From assembly GCA_043228905.1 (NCBI GenBank), contig JBHGNT010000015.1, positions 3,720,001 through 3,784,000 of the forward strand: a DNA stretch of 64,000 nt. Direction: 5' to 3'. Position 1 is the stretch's first letter, and every line of letters starts with the position of its first letter. This DNA comes from Azolla caroliniana (lineage: Eukaryota > Plantae > Polypodiophyta). The translations under genes and the position numbers were made by a program. The notes beneath the pieces are model-generated. The model was not told the origin of the DNA. It saw only the letters and a list, made by a program, of their open reading frames with translations, and did no database searches. Below, one piece after another: positions 50,623-62,307 of the stretch.

Positions 50623-52366
50623 ATGGATGCTATGGATTTCATCAGAGTGAGTGTCTCCTCCTTGGCCTTACGATTTAATGAGGCAGAAGAAGCTGCTGCT
50701 TCTTCTTCTTACTTTTGTAAGATCAAATTACATGATTTCCCTATCCAAACAGCAGTGATTCCAGTACTAAACCCTAAAACAATTCCTAACCCTAACCCTA
50801 AGACTTACTCAGGTCCCGACCCTAACCCTAACGCAAACAACAACTCGAACCTGAACCCCTGCCCCAGCCCTAATTTGGTCCATCAAACTTCAAGGACCAA
50901 TTCTCGCACTTATCATCGAATTGGAGGTTCCGAAGATGAACAAACTTATTTTTCAAATAGTATCAGAGCTAACTTTTACTTGGACAAACCAGCCCTAAGC
51001 AAACTATTGCATCACAATCTCCATTGCTTTGGAGCTTATTCTTCTTCTTCGTCATCATCTTCTTTTGCTTACCTTGAAATTGTTGTCTTTTCGGGAAGCC
51101 AAATAAGGGGAAGGCGAAGAAAAAGAGAAGAAGCAGAAAGTAAAGTGAGACAAATAGGAAGCCTCAAGATTAGGGTTTGTCAAGAATGGTCAGAAGGTAG
51201 GGTTAGATCCCTGGAGGTATGCCATGGATGGACCAGCATTAATGGGAAGAAAAAGACCGAGTGTAATAGTAGCAAAACTAATAATGCCGAAATTCATCTT
51301 CTTGTTAAAGTAGAACCTGACCCGAGGTTTTTGTTCTGCTTTGATGGAGATCCTGTATTAAGCTCCCAGATTGTGCAGACTTTGGGGAATTGTAAACAAC
51401 CTATCTTTAGTTGCAAGTTTAGTCGAGACAGGAGCTCGAGAAGTGGGTACGCGTTTCTGTTTCTGTTTTCTTTCATTGCTATCAATTTTTTTATTGTGTC
51501 TTTAACTCTTATTTATTAAGAAAAGAACAACCCTCTCTTAATGTAGATTGGAATCTGCTCTTTTCCATGAAGTTTTCATTTAATTCTCAAATCAAGTTTA
51601 AAAAAAGTCAAGCTTGATGAAGTGTGATGTGATATATTGTATGTGCAACTATAGGTTGGAGGATGCTTTCAAGGGATGGGCAATTTCATCAAACAGAGAA
51701 AAAGAGAAAGAGAAGAAAAGGGAACGGAAAGGATGGCTTGTTATGATCCATGATCTATCTGGCTCCCCAGTTGCAGCAGCATCTATGGTGACACCATTTG
51801 TGCCTTCAGCAGGCTCCAATCATGTGAGTCGATCTAATCCGGGGGCATGGCTTATCCTCCGATCTGATCCTGGTGGTGTAAGTTCTTGGTGTCCATGGGG
51901 TCGATTAGAAGCTTGGCGAGAACAAGGTCTAATCAAAGGTGGAGTTGGGTTTAGATTCCAGCTTGTTCCAGAAGGTGGTGGTATCAACATCAACAGCATT
52001 AGTGATGGCATCTTAATTTCGGAGACGGTCATAAACACAAACAAAGGTGGAGAATTTTCTATAGATACATCAAAAGCTTGTCCCACTCTTTTGTCTCCTA
52101 CAGGTAGTCCACAAAGTAGTGGAGATTTTGCATTCAATATGGCCGTTTGTGGCTTGGATGGTTTTGTCATGAGTTGTACTGTTGGAGGAAAAGGGGGTCG
52201 AAGTTATAATAAGGATCGAATGAAACCAGAAGTCCAAGTTGCAGTACGCCATCTCTCTTCTGTGGAAGATTCTGCAGTCTTCATGGCTTTGGCTGCAGCC
52301 ATTGATCTTAGTATTGATGCCTGCCAGTCATTCACAAGAAAGCTTAGGAAAGAGTTCTCTGATTAG
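50623..52366 (+). CDS. DUF1005 family protein, two exons (50623-51446, 51655-52366)
   Basis: FIRVSVSSLALR, CKIKLHDFPIQTA, EIHLLVKVEPDPRFLFCFDGDPVLSSQIVQTLGNCKQPIFSCKFSRDR, RERKGWLVMIHDLSGSPVAAASMVTPFVPSAGSNHVSRSNPGAWLILR, WGRLEAWRE, EDSAVFMALAAAIDLSIDACQSF. Confidence 0.95.
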
Positions 52367-54517
52367 CTTGTTTCTTAGAATTTATTAGCTAACCCACCTT
52401 TTCATTAGGGAACGTGGCAAATTTTGCAATACAAATGTATGAAGGCACTTTTACATGTTTTATTATTAACTTCTCCATTTTGTATGTATCTGACATTGTA
52501 GCCTTATTAAGCTGTCGGGATCAATCTGCACTATATAGAAGCAATTTTATACCCCATTTTGATGTGTATTCTCTTTCATTGTATTCTGTTTCCTAAATTG
52601 TAAAATCCTTCCTGGATAGATCTGACTGTCGGATTATTCAAACATTGTCTCTATGATGGCACTGTAAGATCTACTACGACTGATTCTGTTACAAGCTCAA
52701 AACCAAGTGAATTAGCTGTTGTGTCTAGTTGGACTGCTCTTGTTAGGAACTCATTGCCCTCAATAAAAGTGAGACATTACAAATAATGTAAATAGCATGT
52801 TATAACAAACTCGCATTAAAGTGCTGGATTACAAGCTCTATGCTTCACATGCAATACAAGAAGTCAAACCTGACAACCTGATATGTAGGAAATTTTGGAA
52901 TTTATGGTATATACTAATGTGTAAAATAGTAAAACCTAATAGCGATACAATGAATCTGTCAATTCTTAAGGAGCTATGACATGATCCAAAGGAAAAGAAA
53001 TCCAAATGATCGCCAACAAACTGGTATGGGCATTGAGAAACTAAATTCACAAGAATACTAGTTGAATAGCCAGCCAATTCATGAGAAAGTATGACTTAAG
53101 AATCAAAATAGACATTGAGAAGTTTGTGTGCAAAAAATGTATCTAAATGATTGAAGAAATGTACAATACAACAAAAAAATTCTCAAGCATTTGAATCTAA
53201 AGAACCAGCGATGTGATTGCCATAAGCAAAGCAACCTGAAAAGGTTTACTCATTACCATGAGATTTAGGATAAATTTGATGAGATGGTAGCAATTTTCTA
53301 TGTAAAGACACTAAAAGTTCCATTAATGAGATTAGGATGAAATTGAGGAGTTGGTGAAGCAGTTTTATGCACAAAGATTCTATACATTCCTTAATTGTCA
53401 TAGGTGTATACTTGGGCAAGATATCTCTTTCCTCACATTATTCAAATTCCTTAATATAAACAACCGTAATATATATATATACATATATCTCATTCTTACA
53501 ATGTTTAGACATCTTAGACAATCATTGCCTCATTGAAAAGAGATGTATTGTTGTACCTTAGAACTTAACCGTGACACACAAAGACTCTCATTGCCACTTA
53601 TACCTCAATATCACCTTCTCTCACCAAATTTTTTTCATTTCTCCTCATAAGACATCTAAGAAGTGTCTAGGAGACTCCTTCGGTTATTGATTTAGTTCCT
53701 TTCTCATCCCCAAAGAATTTGGGGGCAAAAACCAAACATTTCACAAGAGCTTACTATGAATCCAAATATTTTCCATGAAACTTATTTGCTCCCTTCATGA
53801 ACATGGGTTTACAGCATTTAGATCTTATGCTTCTTTGGAGTTATGCTACTTCACACTCAGTGGAAGGTTTGGCGCTTACATTGCTCCATATGCATAGTAG
53901 TAAATATCCTTTAATTGTCAGAGCAGCACGGTGACAAAGCAAATAAATTGTATGACAATGCAACATGTAAAATATGGTTGCAAGTGATGCAAAGAAAACG
54001 CCCTCCATTTCATGAAAATAATCGTAAATTTAGGTAAGGAAAACACCCTCCAGTTTAACAGAAAATCCAACAAAATTCTCATATTTTCTTACCGGTTTTT
54101 ATTACCCATGGAATCGGAAGAAAATATTTACATACTTTTGCAGTTCCAAAATATAAAAGGGGCAGAAAACCTTATTGTTTACATCCTGATAGTGAAAAAA
54201 TCATAAAAGAGGAAGATTTCCTGAGAGTTCCATTACACCTCCTATGTCATAGACGACAATCCAATAATATCCGATCATTTTCTAATAATGAAAAGCGAGC
54301 TTCGCCCATTGTTAATGAGAATTTTCAGCTTCTCAGAAGATAGGCCACTTTGATAAGTTAATTTTCATGATTTTAGCCAGTAATTATATTGATTTACTTA
54401 TTTATTTATTTAGGTATAAATATATGACAGTTCGCAATAGTAACGACGAGAGATTCTCACTAGAGAGGAAGCTAGAAAAATAGTAGTAAAAGAAAACTAG
54501 ATTTCTCAAGAGTGACA

Positions 54518-57500
54518 TTAGACCTTGGATGGAGTTTGACGACGTCGGCGAGGGGTGGAGATTGGTAGTGCATTCGTTTCACGCTGAGACGCTGACATGG
54601 CTTTAACAGGAGTAGCTCTTAATCTTGCAGAGCGCCTCAACCCTGTTGACTCTGTATCATGAGATGCAAGAGTATATTCAGGACATGCATAACACTCTCA
54701 GCCAACAAATTCTCATTTCCACAGGAACATGCAACGTTCTCATTTGCACAAGAGAGAAAGGTATAACATTCCCATTTACGCAAGAGTTTCTGTAATAATC
54801 TCATTTATATATGAAATGCACATTGCCACTTGCCGACAACAACAGCAGCAAAGCAACATTCTCGTTTTCACAAGGCATAAAACAGTCATTTAAACAAGAA
54901 ATTTACCTCTTTCTCATTTACGAGGAAAATAAAATTCTCATTCCCATTTACGCAAGAGAAACATATAACATTACCATTACACAAGAACGTCTGACATTCT
55001 CTTTTACCTAAGACAAATATACAGCATTCTTATTCACACAAAAGAAACATATCAAGTTCTCATTTGCAAAAGAGAAATGTATTTTGCGATAAGAGCAACC
55101 TAACCATACTAACTTACATTAGAAATTTATAATATCACCATTTACACAAGAAAACTATATCTACCTGGTGTTGCAACAAAAAGATTGACGTTTTCCATGT
55201 CCAAGCTTGAATTCTTGTCGGGTGAGGAAGCTACCTGAACATTGAACAAAGCTTTTCCATGTTATACGAACATCCAAGCCTTCATTACATTGCCTTTTCA
55301 CATACAGTTATGAATAAGAAGCTTGCGAAAGACTGACAAAAAAAGGAAGGGATTTTCTAACCAGCCCCACCTCTTCCACTATTTTCTTCACATATCCTGA
55401 TGTTGCCATGTCTGCATTACTTCCACCACGTTTTGTTGTAGCTTTTCCACGCTTTCGGACACTTGTGTCAGTCTCTTTTAATGATAATGATGATGAGGAT
55501 ACAGAAGTAAGGGCTGCTGAATCACTCCTGGACTTTGGCAGAACTGCAGTTGTAGGTGAATGTGTTCGTCCATTTGAACCCTCTATACTCTCACCTGTTT
55601 TAGGAAAAAGGATACATTCATTTCCTATTTTTAACGGGAACAAAACACACGTAATTAACTACAAGTTTTCTACAAGTTGTAGAACCTTCTTATAATTTCC
55701 TATTGCTTTATCTACGAAAAGAAATATTATCTGAGTATTAAAGAAACAAGTCCTACACATTGCTCACAACTGTATTACCAAATTTGCAGTACAAAATCTG
55801 AACGAATATACAAATAAAATCTACAATATTCCTATATAGCTTTGGTTTTTCCTTGTATTTCCTATCGGTTCATGTATAAACTTAGTTGTGAAGAGAAATT
55901 TCGCAAGTACTGACAATCACCTTCTGCTTCACAGGACACGATGTTTGATTTCTGTATCTCAACCTTCTGGTCCATTTCGGGTATGGCCATATCCTCAAAG
56001 CGCAACATTGTGGAATCCTTTAAGTTATTATCAGGACATGATGATGAAGTGTCAGAACTATTTTCATCGTTGATTGCAGATTGAGCTGTTACTCCACTAT
56101 TTCTTTTATCAGTATCCAGTTCATCATAGAGATTAAACTCACAGAGAGAAGATGCAGACAAACATGTCGAGACATTTGGTTCTTTGTCACTGATTCTGTT
56201 ATCTGCCTCTAAAGCGATGAATTTTGGCTCTAGAGTGCAACTAATCAATTTATTAGAATCATTTTTGTCTTCCTGACACAAGGTCAAAACCTCTTCCATA
56301 GACTCATTTGCACCAACTTCCTTCAAAATCTTATTACATACATCCACACTTGGTTTAGATCCACAGGATTCCATGTGACATAAATCCAAATTTTCCATAT
56401 CATCCAAATTTATGTTCAATCCACTCGATTCCATTTGGTATAAAACAGAATTTCCCATATTGTCCTTTTCAACTGCAGAATCCAGGCCGATCTGTGAGGC
56501 TTTTAACAAGCAACTACTTTGAGGAGGGGATGCTATTACGACATTAGAACACATCTGACTTTCTACCACAGAAGGACTGTCAGTGAAATCCATACTAGAC
56601 ATTATGCATGAAACCACCTCCCTGGTAAGACTATCAACATCCATTGCTCCAATATGACCTGCATACAGAGTTTGGTTAATGTAAACCATAAAATTAGGAT
56701 ATGTTTCAAATTGTGGTGCAACTATAAAATGTATGGAGGTTTAGTCTAGTGGAAACTATGGGGAAAACTTCACCTGGAATCAATGGAGATCCATTGATGT
56801 CGATGATCTCCTGCAATGAAAAGAGAAGTTTATATGTTTTTAACTGACCTTGAACGGGATTATGAAATGTGATACTTCCTTTAGCAGGGTTGCCTTTTTA
56901 CAGTGAACGTCACTCTACTCTTCCAAAATCTCCATTCACATTTTCAAAATATGCAAAAGTTGTAGAAAGACTATAGATGGCAAATATGACTTCATACCTC
57001 ACTAGTATTCTTTGCATCTGGTTTATGTTTCAGCGGTGTACTTTCTTCTGCAGTAACAATTAATAAACTAGATTAACTCAAAAGAAAGATAATTATGAAG
57101 TAGACATAAAAAATAATGTTATTTATAAAATTATTGATACAGACTCAACAATGTGGTGAACGCTCAAAAACATATTCGAGGCAATGAAATTATAAGAACT
57201 TGTAAATAGTAATGAAGATAACACAATGATATCGGCGAAACTATACCTATTCATGATAATGCACATGAATGAGACATATCATGCTGCATATTTATTTCAC
57301 CATCGTCACTATCACAGATGTCGAAAAGATACCTTCAAATTTAACTTTTATTAATTCGAAATAAGAGAGATAACGCTATTTGTAAAACGTTCAATATAGT
57401 CTTAAAAATTTGTTGTATGTTTACAGGATCGTAGTAGGCCATAAAATTATACGAACTTCTAAATAATAATCAGGGTTACACATTTATAATAACCAAACTT

Positions 57501-58879
57501 TTATCTAACCCAGGCATTTGTTTACATCAAATCAGATTAGAGCTATCAAAATGTATATTCATTTCTTCATGCAGCTAACAAAGGCATGTCGTCTAAATGT
57601 GCTTACTCTATCAAAACGCTGTATTCTTTGAACAGAAAAATCATTTCTATTATTTAAGATGAGGAACTCAAAAACAGTGAGAGCAACACATCGCTGTGCT
57701 GCATTGTTTTTTGGAAATAGCGTCTCTGAAATTATATCAAGAAAAGAGAAGGATGAACATCTAAGAAAGACATAACTTCCTTGCCAGCTGCTGAGTGAAT
57801 CTAATGATGCTCATATTCCCTTCTAACTTATACAAAGATACACATACGTATATAATATTAATGGTAATAAATGACTAAGGACCTGATTCATTCACTTGCT
57901 CCCGAATGGAATGCTCCACAGGAACGTTGCAAGCATATGGTGACTCACAAACACCACTAGCATCAGAATTCGTAGAGATTTCAGATTCTTGGACATCTTC
58001 AATGATACCATAGCAGATTAGCACTTGTTTGGTTGCATCAGAACACAGCGAATATCGTTCTACATACGCAACTAGTTCTTCTTTGAGGAAATTTCTAGGC
58101 TGTCAAAGTCAAGAATTCACTTAGTGAAAATCCACAAGCAAATTTTGCAACAGGTATCTCATGTATTGTCAGACTCATTCATCAATATTACAGAGACAAG
58201 GTATAACAATATTTACCCACCTCTGCATCACACTCAAAGGCAAGCCGAAAAAATCCCATAGCTACAGTGTGTTTCTCTATTGCTTCAGCTAGTTTGACTT
58301 GCTCCATCCAATAATTAGCAGACCTGAGCATTCTTATTGCAGCTTTCTTAAACACGTGAGGAGAATCCATCTTTTTGCGAATTGGAAAGCTATTGGCTTG
58401 TAAGCTTGTAGTAAGGGGAGTCTTTGTAAATCCTTTAATTGATGGCAACGTTTTATCACTAGGTATACGCGCAACAATCATGCTTTTAGATGTCTGTCTA
58501 GATCCCTGATATGAAGATCGTTTACTGAACATTTCGAAAGAGTTATAAGCAGCTGAAACGGAAATATGACTTTCTGGTTTTGTGCCTGCAGTCTTAGATG
58601 ATATAGAATAGCGCCTGTTTGGTGTGATTATCGGTTTCTCGTTTTGTTTCCTGGTCAACGTTTCTTCTCCTTTTCTGACAGAAGGCGTAGAAATCTGCTC
58701 GCTGCTTCAGACAAATAAAAACATTTGATTCAAGAAGAAATTAACCAAACTCAATACAACTATAAATTATGTGCTTAAGATTGATGTTTTATAATACCTT
58801 CTTGACACCGCATTTGTTCTTGCTGATCTTTCAAGAAATGGTTCTTTCTTAATCCCAGATATCCTTGATCGGGCAGGCG
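54518..58879 (-). CDS. Multi-exon uncharacterised plant protein with a conserved helical block (often annotated microtubule-associated futsch-like); start codon not resolved
   Basis: Phase-consistent exons, approximately 58879-58798, 58701-58221, 58099-57883, 57047-56998, 56810-56774, 56658-55921, 55592-55370, 55234-55165, 54651-54518. Block LRSANYWMEQVKLAEAIEKHTVAMGFFRLAFECDAE|PRNFLKEELVAYVERY. Basic, S/T/P-rich termini, including GLRRSARLRATP. Confidence 0.8.
54705..55155. repeat. Degenerate about 30-bp minisatellite filling the last intron of the minus-strand gene
   Basis: More than ten variants of AACATTCTCATTTACACAAGAGAAA. Confidence 0.8.
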
Positions 58880-59531
58880 CTAAAACATGACAATTTTCAA
58901 GCATCACATATCGGTCCCTCAAGAAATATCGTTTCGTTAATCCTCGATATTTCCACTAAATTACTCGTTATGAGGTAGCAGAGGAAATATAAATAAAATC
59001 GTTTTTTGTGTCCTGTCTTTAGAATGAGCTAGGAGGGGAGCCATAATGGAATTCAAAAACGCAGATAAAATCAGAATATGGCAATTACCAGACGGCAGTA
59101 TTCAAGGACAGGTTTATACCACAATGAAATTTCACATTTTATGACAGAGAATTGACATTAAGGAAAAAAGAGAGAAAGAGAGTAAGGTTTTGCCAGATCA
59201 CTCCGCTTCAAAGGCATTTCACAGCATCTCAATGAAATCAAAACGATCTAATTACAGACAGAGATTTTACACAATGCTATTCCAAGAAGCAAAGAGAAGT
59301 AATACAAGGTCGATTCTTTCCTTTCTCTGGTCATCTTCAAGAAACAAGCTAAGGAGGAGCCGCCATGCCCGTTGATCAAAGGGACACAGACAGACAACAA
59401 GATGACGATGGATAAAGGAAATGGACGTGATGAGAGAATTACCAGGAAAGGGGGTGGGAGGATGCATGGAGAACCTTGCTCTCTCAGCTTCTGCCTGGTC
59501 TGCAGGCCTTCGAGGAAGATGGATATGGCTG

Positions 59532-59535
<4 letters not shown>

Positions 59536-59578
<43 letters not shown>

Positions 59579-59579
59579 C
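59536..59579. repeat. (AG)n microsatellite at the probable promoter/TSS of the minus-strand gene
   Basis: Directly visible; it reads (CT)n on the gene's sense strand. Confidence 0.9.
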
Positions 59580-59609
59580 GGCCCTCGTTCGCGCGCTTAC
59601 GATCCTAAT

Positions 59610-60243
59610 TTAAATATTTTGGTTTCACACTTGTCCGGACAAAGACAAGAAAATAAAAATTCATAATAAAAGGCGTTCCTTAGAAAGCCTTTTGTTTTGT
59701 ACATATATGTAAATTTGGAATGTATGCTCGGGAAATTCCATGCAATTAGTGGGATGAAGCCATGCATTCGATTCTCACTTGTCTGATTAAATATTTTGGT
59801 TTCACACTTGTCCGGACAAAGACAAGAAGATAAATAATAGGGAAAAGTACCAGGATACCCCTGGAAGTTCGTCTATTTACTAGAATGCCCCTGAAAGTTC
59901 CAAATTTACTAAACTACCCCTATGTCCAAAAAATTACACTTTATAAAGTAATTATACACTCAAATCTACAAGCCCTATTTAGCAAAGATGGAAGAAATGG
60001 ACCCAAACTAGCCCTATTTACGAAATATTTGAGTGTATAAATTACTTTATAAAGTGCATGTTTATCTTATACAATAAGATTTGAGTGTATAATTTCACAG
60101 AACTTCCAGGGGTATCCTGGTACTTTTCCCTAAATAATATTCATAGTAAAAGGCGTTCCTTCAATAGCCTTTTTGTTTGTATATGTATGTATACTCGGGA
60201 AATTCCGTGAAATTAGTGGGATGAAGCTATGCTTTCGATTCTC
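59610..60243. repeat. About 175-bp tandem duplication whose second copy is interrupted by a MITE
   Basis: taaatattttggtttcacacttgtccggacaaagacaagaa at about 59611 and 59788. The remainder (ttcata.taaaaggcgttcctt..gggaaattcc..attagtgggatgaagc..tcgattctc) resumes at about 60140. Confidence 0.9.
59840..60130. mobile_element. Mutator-like (MULE) MITE, 291 bp, with 9-bp target-site duplication
   Basis: Perfect 31-bp TIRs GGGAAAAGTACCAGGATACCCCTGGAAGTTC / GAACTTCCAGGGGTATCCTGGTACTTTTCCC. TSD TAAATAATA at 59831-59839 and 60131-60139. Additional internal inverted repeat cactttataaagtaattatacactcaaat. Confidence 0.95.
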
Positions 60244-61029
60244 GGGAACTTCTATTGGCTAGATTGATATTTTTCTCGCAGCCCTGAAGACTTGTCAATT
60301 CCTTCTTTTGACCCTCGATGCTATCATCGCCTGTATTGTCCTATATTTTTTTTGCACGGGCTTTCCATCCCTTTGTGACATGGAAAACTTGTTATTTCTC
60401 TAACCTTGAATGTCTTCTCACTCCAATGGGATGTCGCCTCACTCGATCAATGGGCTAGCTTTGCGTGTTTTTCTACTTAACCCTATGTATCGAAGTATTC
60501 TAGATGAAACTTGTGCATCATAGAAAGACCTACAAGATAACCTATGTATATAATGGGGAAGAGAGTATTTTGTTGATGCAGCCCTACTGTTATTCTAATC
60601 ACGTGGATGGTCTTCCCAGAGCCCCAAGTCAAAGCAACATTAACCTCTACGTTTTGCTTTAGGGACAAAAAAGTTTCTCACTTCATTTCAACACTTCTAT
60701 GAATTACTTCCTTTTCACTTCTTTTGAGAATAATCTTATCATCAAAGTTGCAAGTTTCCAAGCCCATGATAAATTTGATCTTATGACAATGAAACATCTA
60801 GGAAGTGTAATATGATTTATATGTTTCCACCTTTACAATAGCCAATAACGTAACCTCTTAGTTCTCTAGGAGTATTTTGGAATTAAAGCCAAGACAATGC
60901 TTTTTACGTTCTGCATTAGTACCACATTGCAAGAATTGTTTCAAGGGGCCTTGAAATTTGATTTAGTTTCCATAGAAAGGACACTTTATTAATCATATTA
61001 AATGCTACTATATTTAACAAAAATATTGC

Positions 61030-61240
61030 ATGGGCTTGATTGTAGGGGATTAATTTTCTTCCGTTGAACAAGTATTAGTTGAGCTTCTATAAAAGAGACA
61101 CCATTTATATATGATGACGAGCTTTTGATTCATGGGTCTGATTGTAGGGGGATTTTCTTCCGGTGAACAAGTATTGATCGAGCTCCTTAAAAAAGGACAC
61201 CTTTTTTATATGATGATGGGCTTTTGATCCATGTAGGGGA
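61030..61240. repeat. About 102-bp diverged tandem duplication
   Basis: atggg..tgattgtagggga..ttttcttccg.tgaacaagtatt..gacacc.ttt.tatatgatga..gcttttgat.catg at about 61030 and 61132. Confidence 0.85.
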
Positions 61241-62307
61241 GATTCTTAAAACATACAATTTCTTCTCCATGACAATCTATGCACTTCTATACCATGTCAA
61301 ACCATTCATTCTCCTAATCAATACCATCAATTTGACAATTGGCAAATAATTGAGGATCACTTTATATAGATTTATGTAGAAATAACTTGAGCTTTTGTCA
61401 ATTTTGTTAACTTAGCTAGACACATCATATTCTCAAGTTACTCTAAATAATGCATGTTGTACTTGCTAGAACTACTATGAACACTATTTGTGTATGAAAC
61501 ATGCCCTTGGAAACTCAGGTAGTATTCAACCATTGCAAGAATTGGCATGCACGACATTAAAGAGTTAAAAGTTCTAGTTTGAATTTGTCTGTCACAAAGG
61601 CTGCGCATTTTTTAATATCAATGGTCAAGTCACATGCACAAAAGAGTTATTGTTCTTGAAGTCTCATTCACAGTGTACCTCATCCCTCTTTCTTTTACAT
61701 CCTCATGTGATACTTGTATCAAAAGATTGCAATTTGCATCCATAAAGTTTTGAGTGAATTTGCTTATCGTCATCATTTAAAACATCAAGCCATGGACAAA
61801 ACCCTCTTCTTTCATTTCAGGCAGAATACATTCAAAACAATACCATCTCTAACATTGAATGGAACTTTTATGAGAAGAACACATGATTTACTTGCTTCAA
61901 AGACCCATTGACGTAGTCTTCCGAATCCAAAGTGATTGGGCAGTTTGCTAAGGATTCTATGAGCTACCCTTCAAAACCATGGTTTATAGAGAGTCACACC
62001 AAAAGATGCTAAGTTGTAGTTTCTTTATGGATTCTCATTCTCATAGTATATAATCAAGTCTCACAACGTTTGTTACCATCCATAGAAGGTTATATCATCA
62101 TCTGGTTGATTGATGCTCCAACTGTATTTAAAAGGCTCACATACACAACAATCTGCACTAGTAAAAATGCCTCTAAAGAAAGAAACCCTTTTCATATATA
62201 AAGATTTTTGCAAATTTTGGAGCATTGTTTTTCATAAGGAGCAAGGAAAAAAGAGGATTCCCCCCTTTTTTCATATCTCATTGGCAAGGCAAGGATAAAA
62301 AACCTTT

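Noticed and set aside
54705-55155. CRISPR-like repeat-spacer array
   Set aside because: Repeats are degenerate, linkers are short and similar, the context is a eukaryotic intron, and there are no cas genes.
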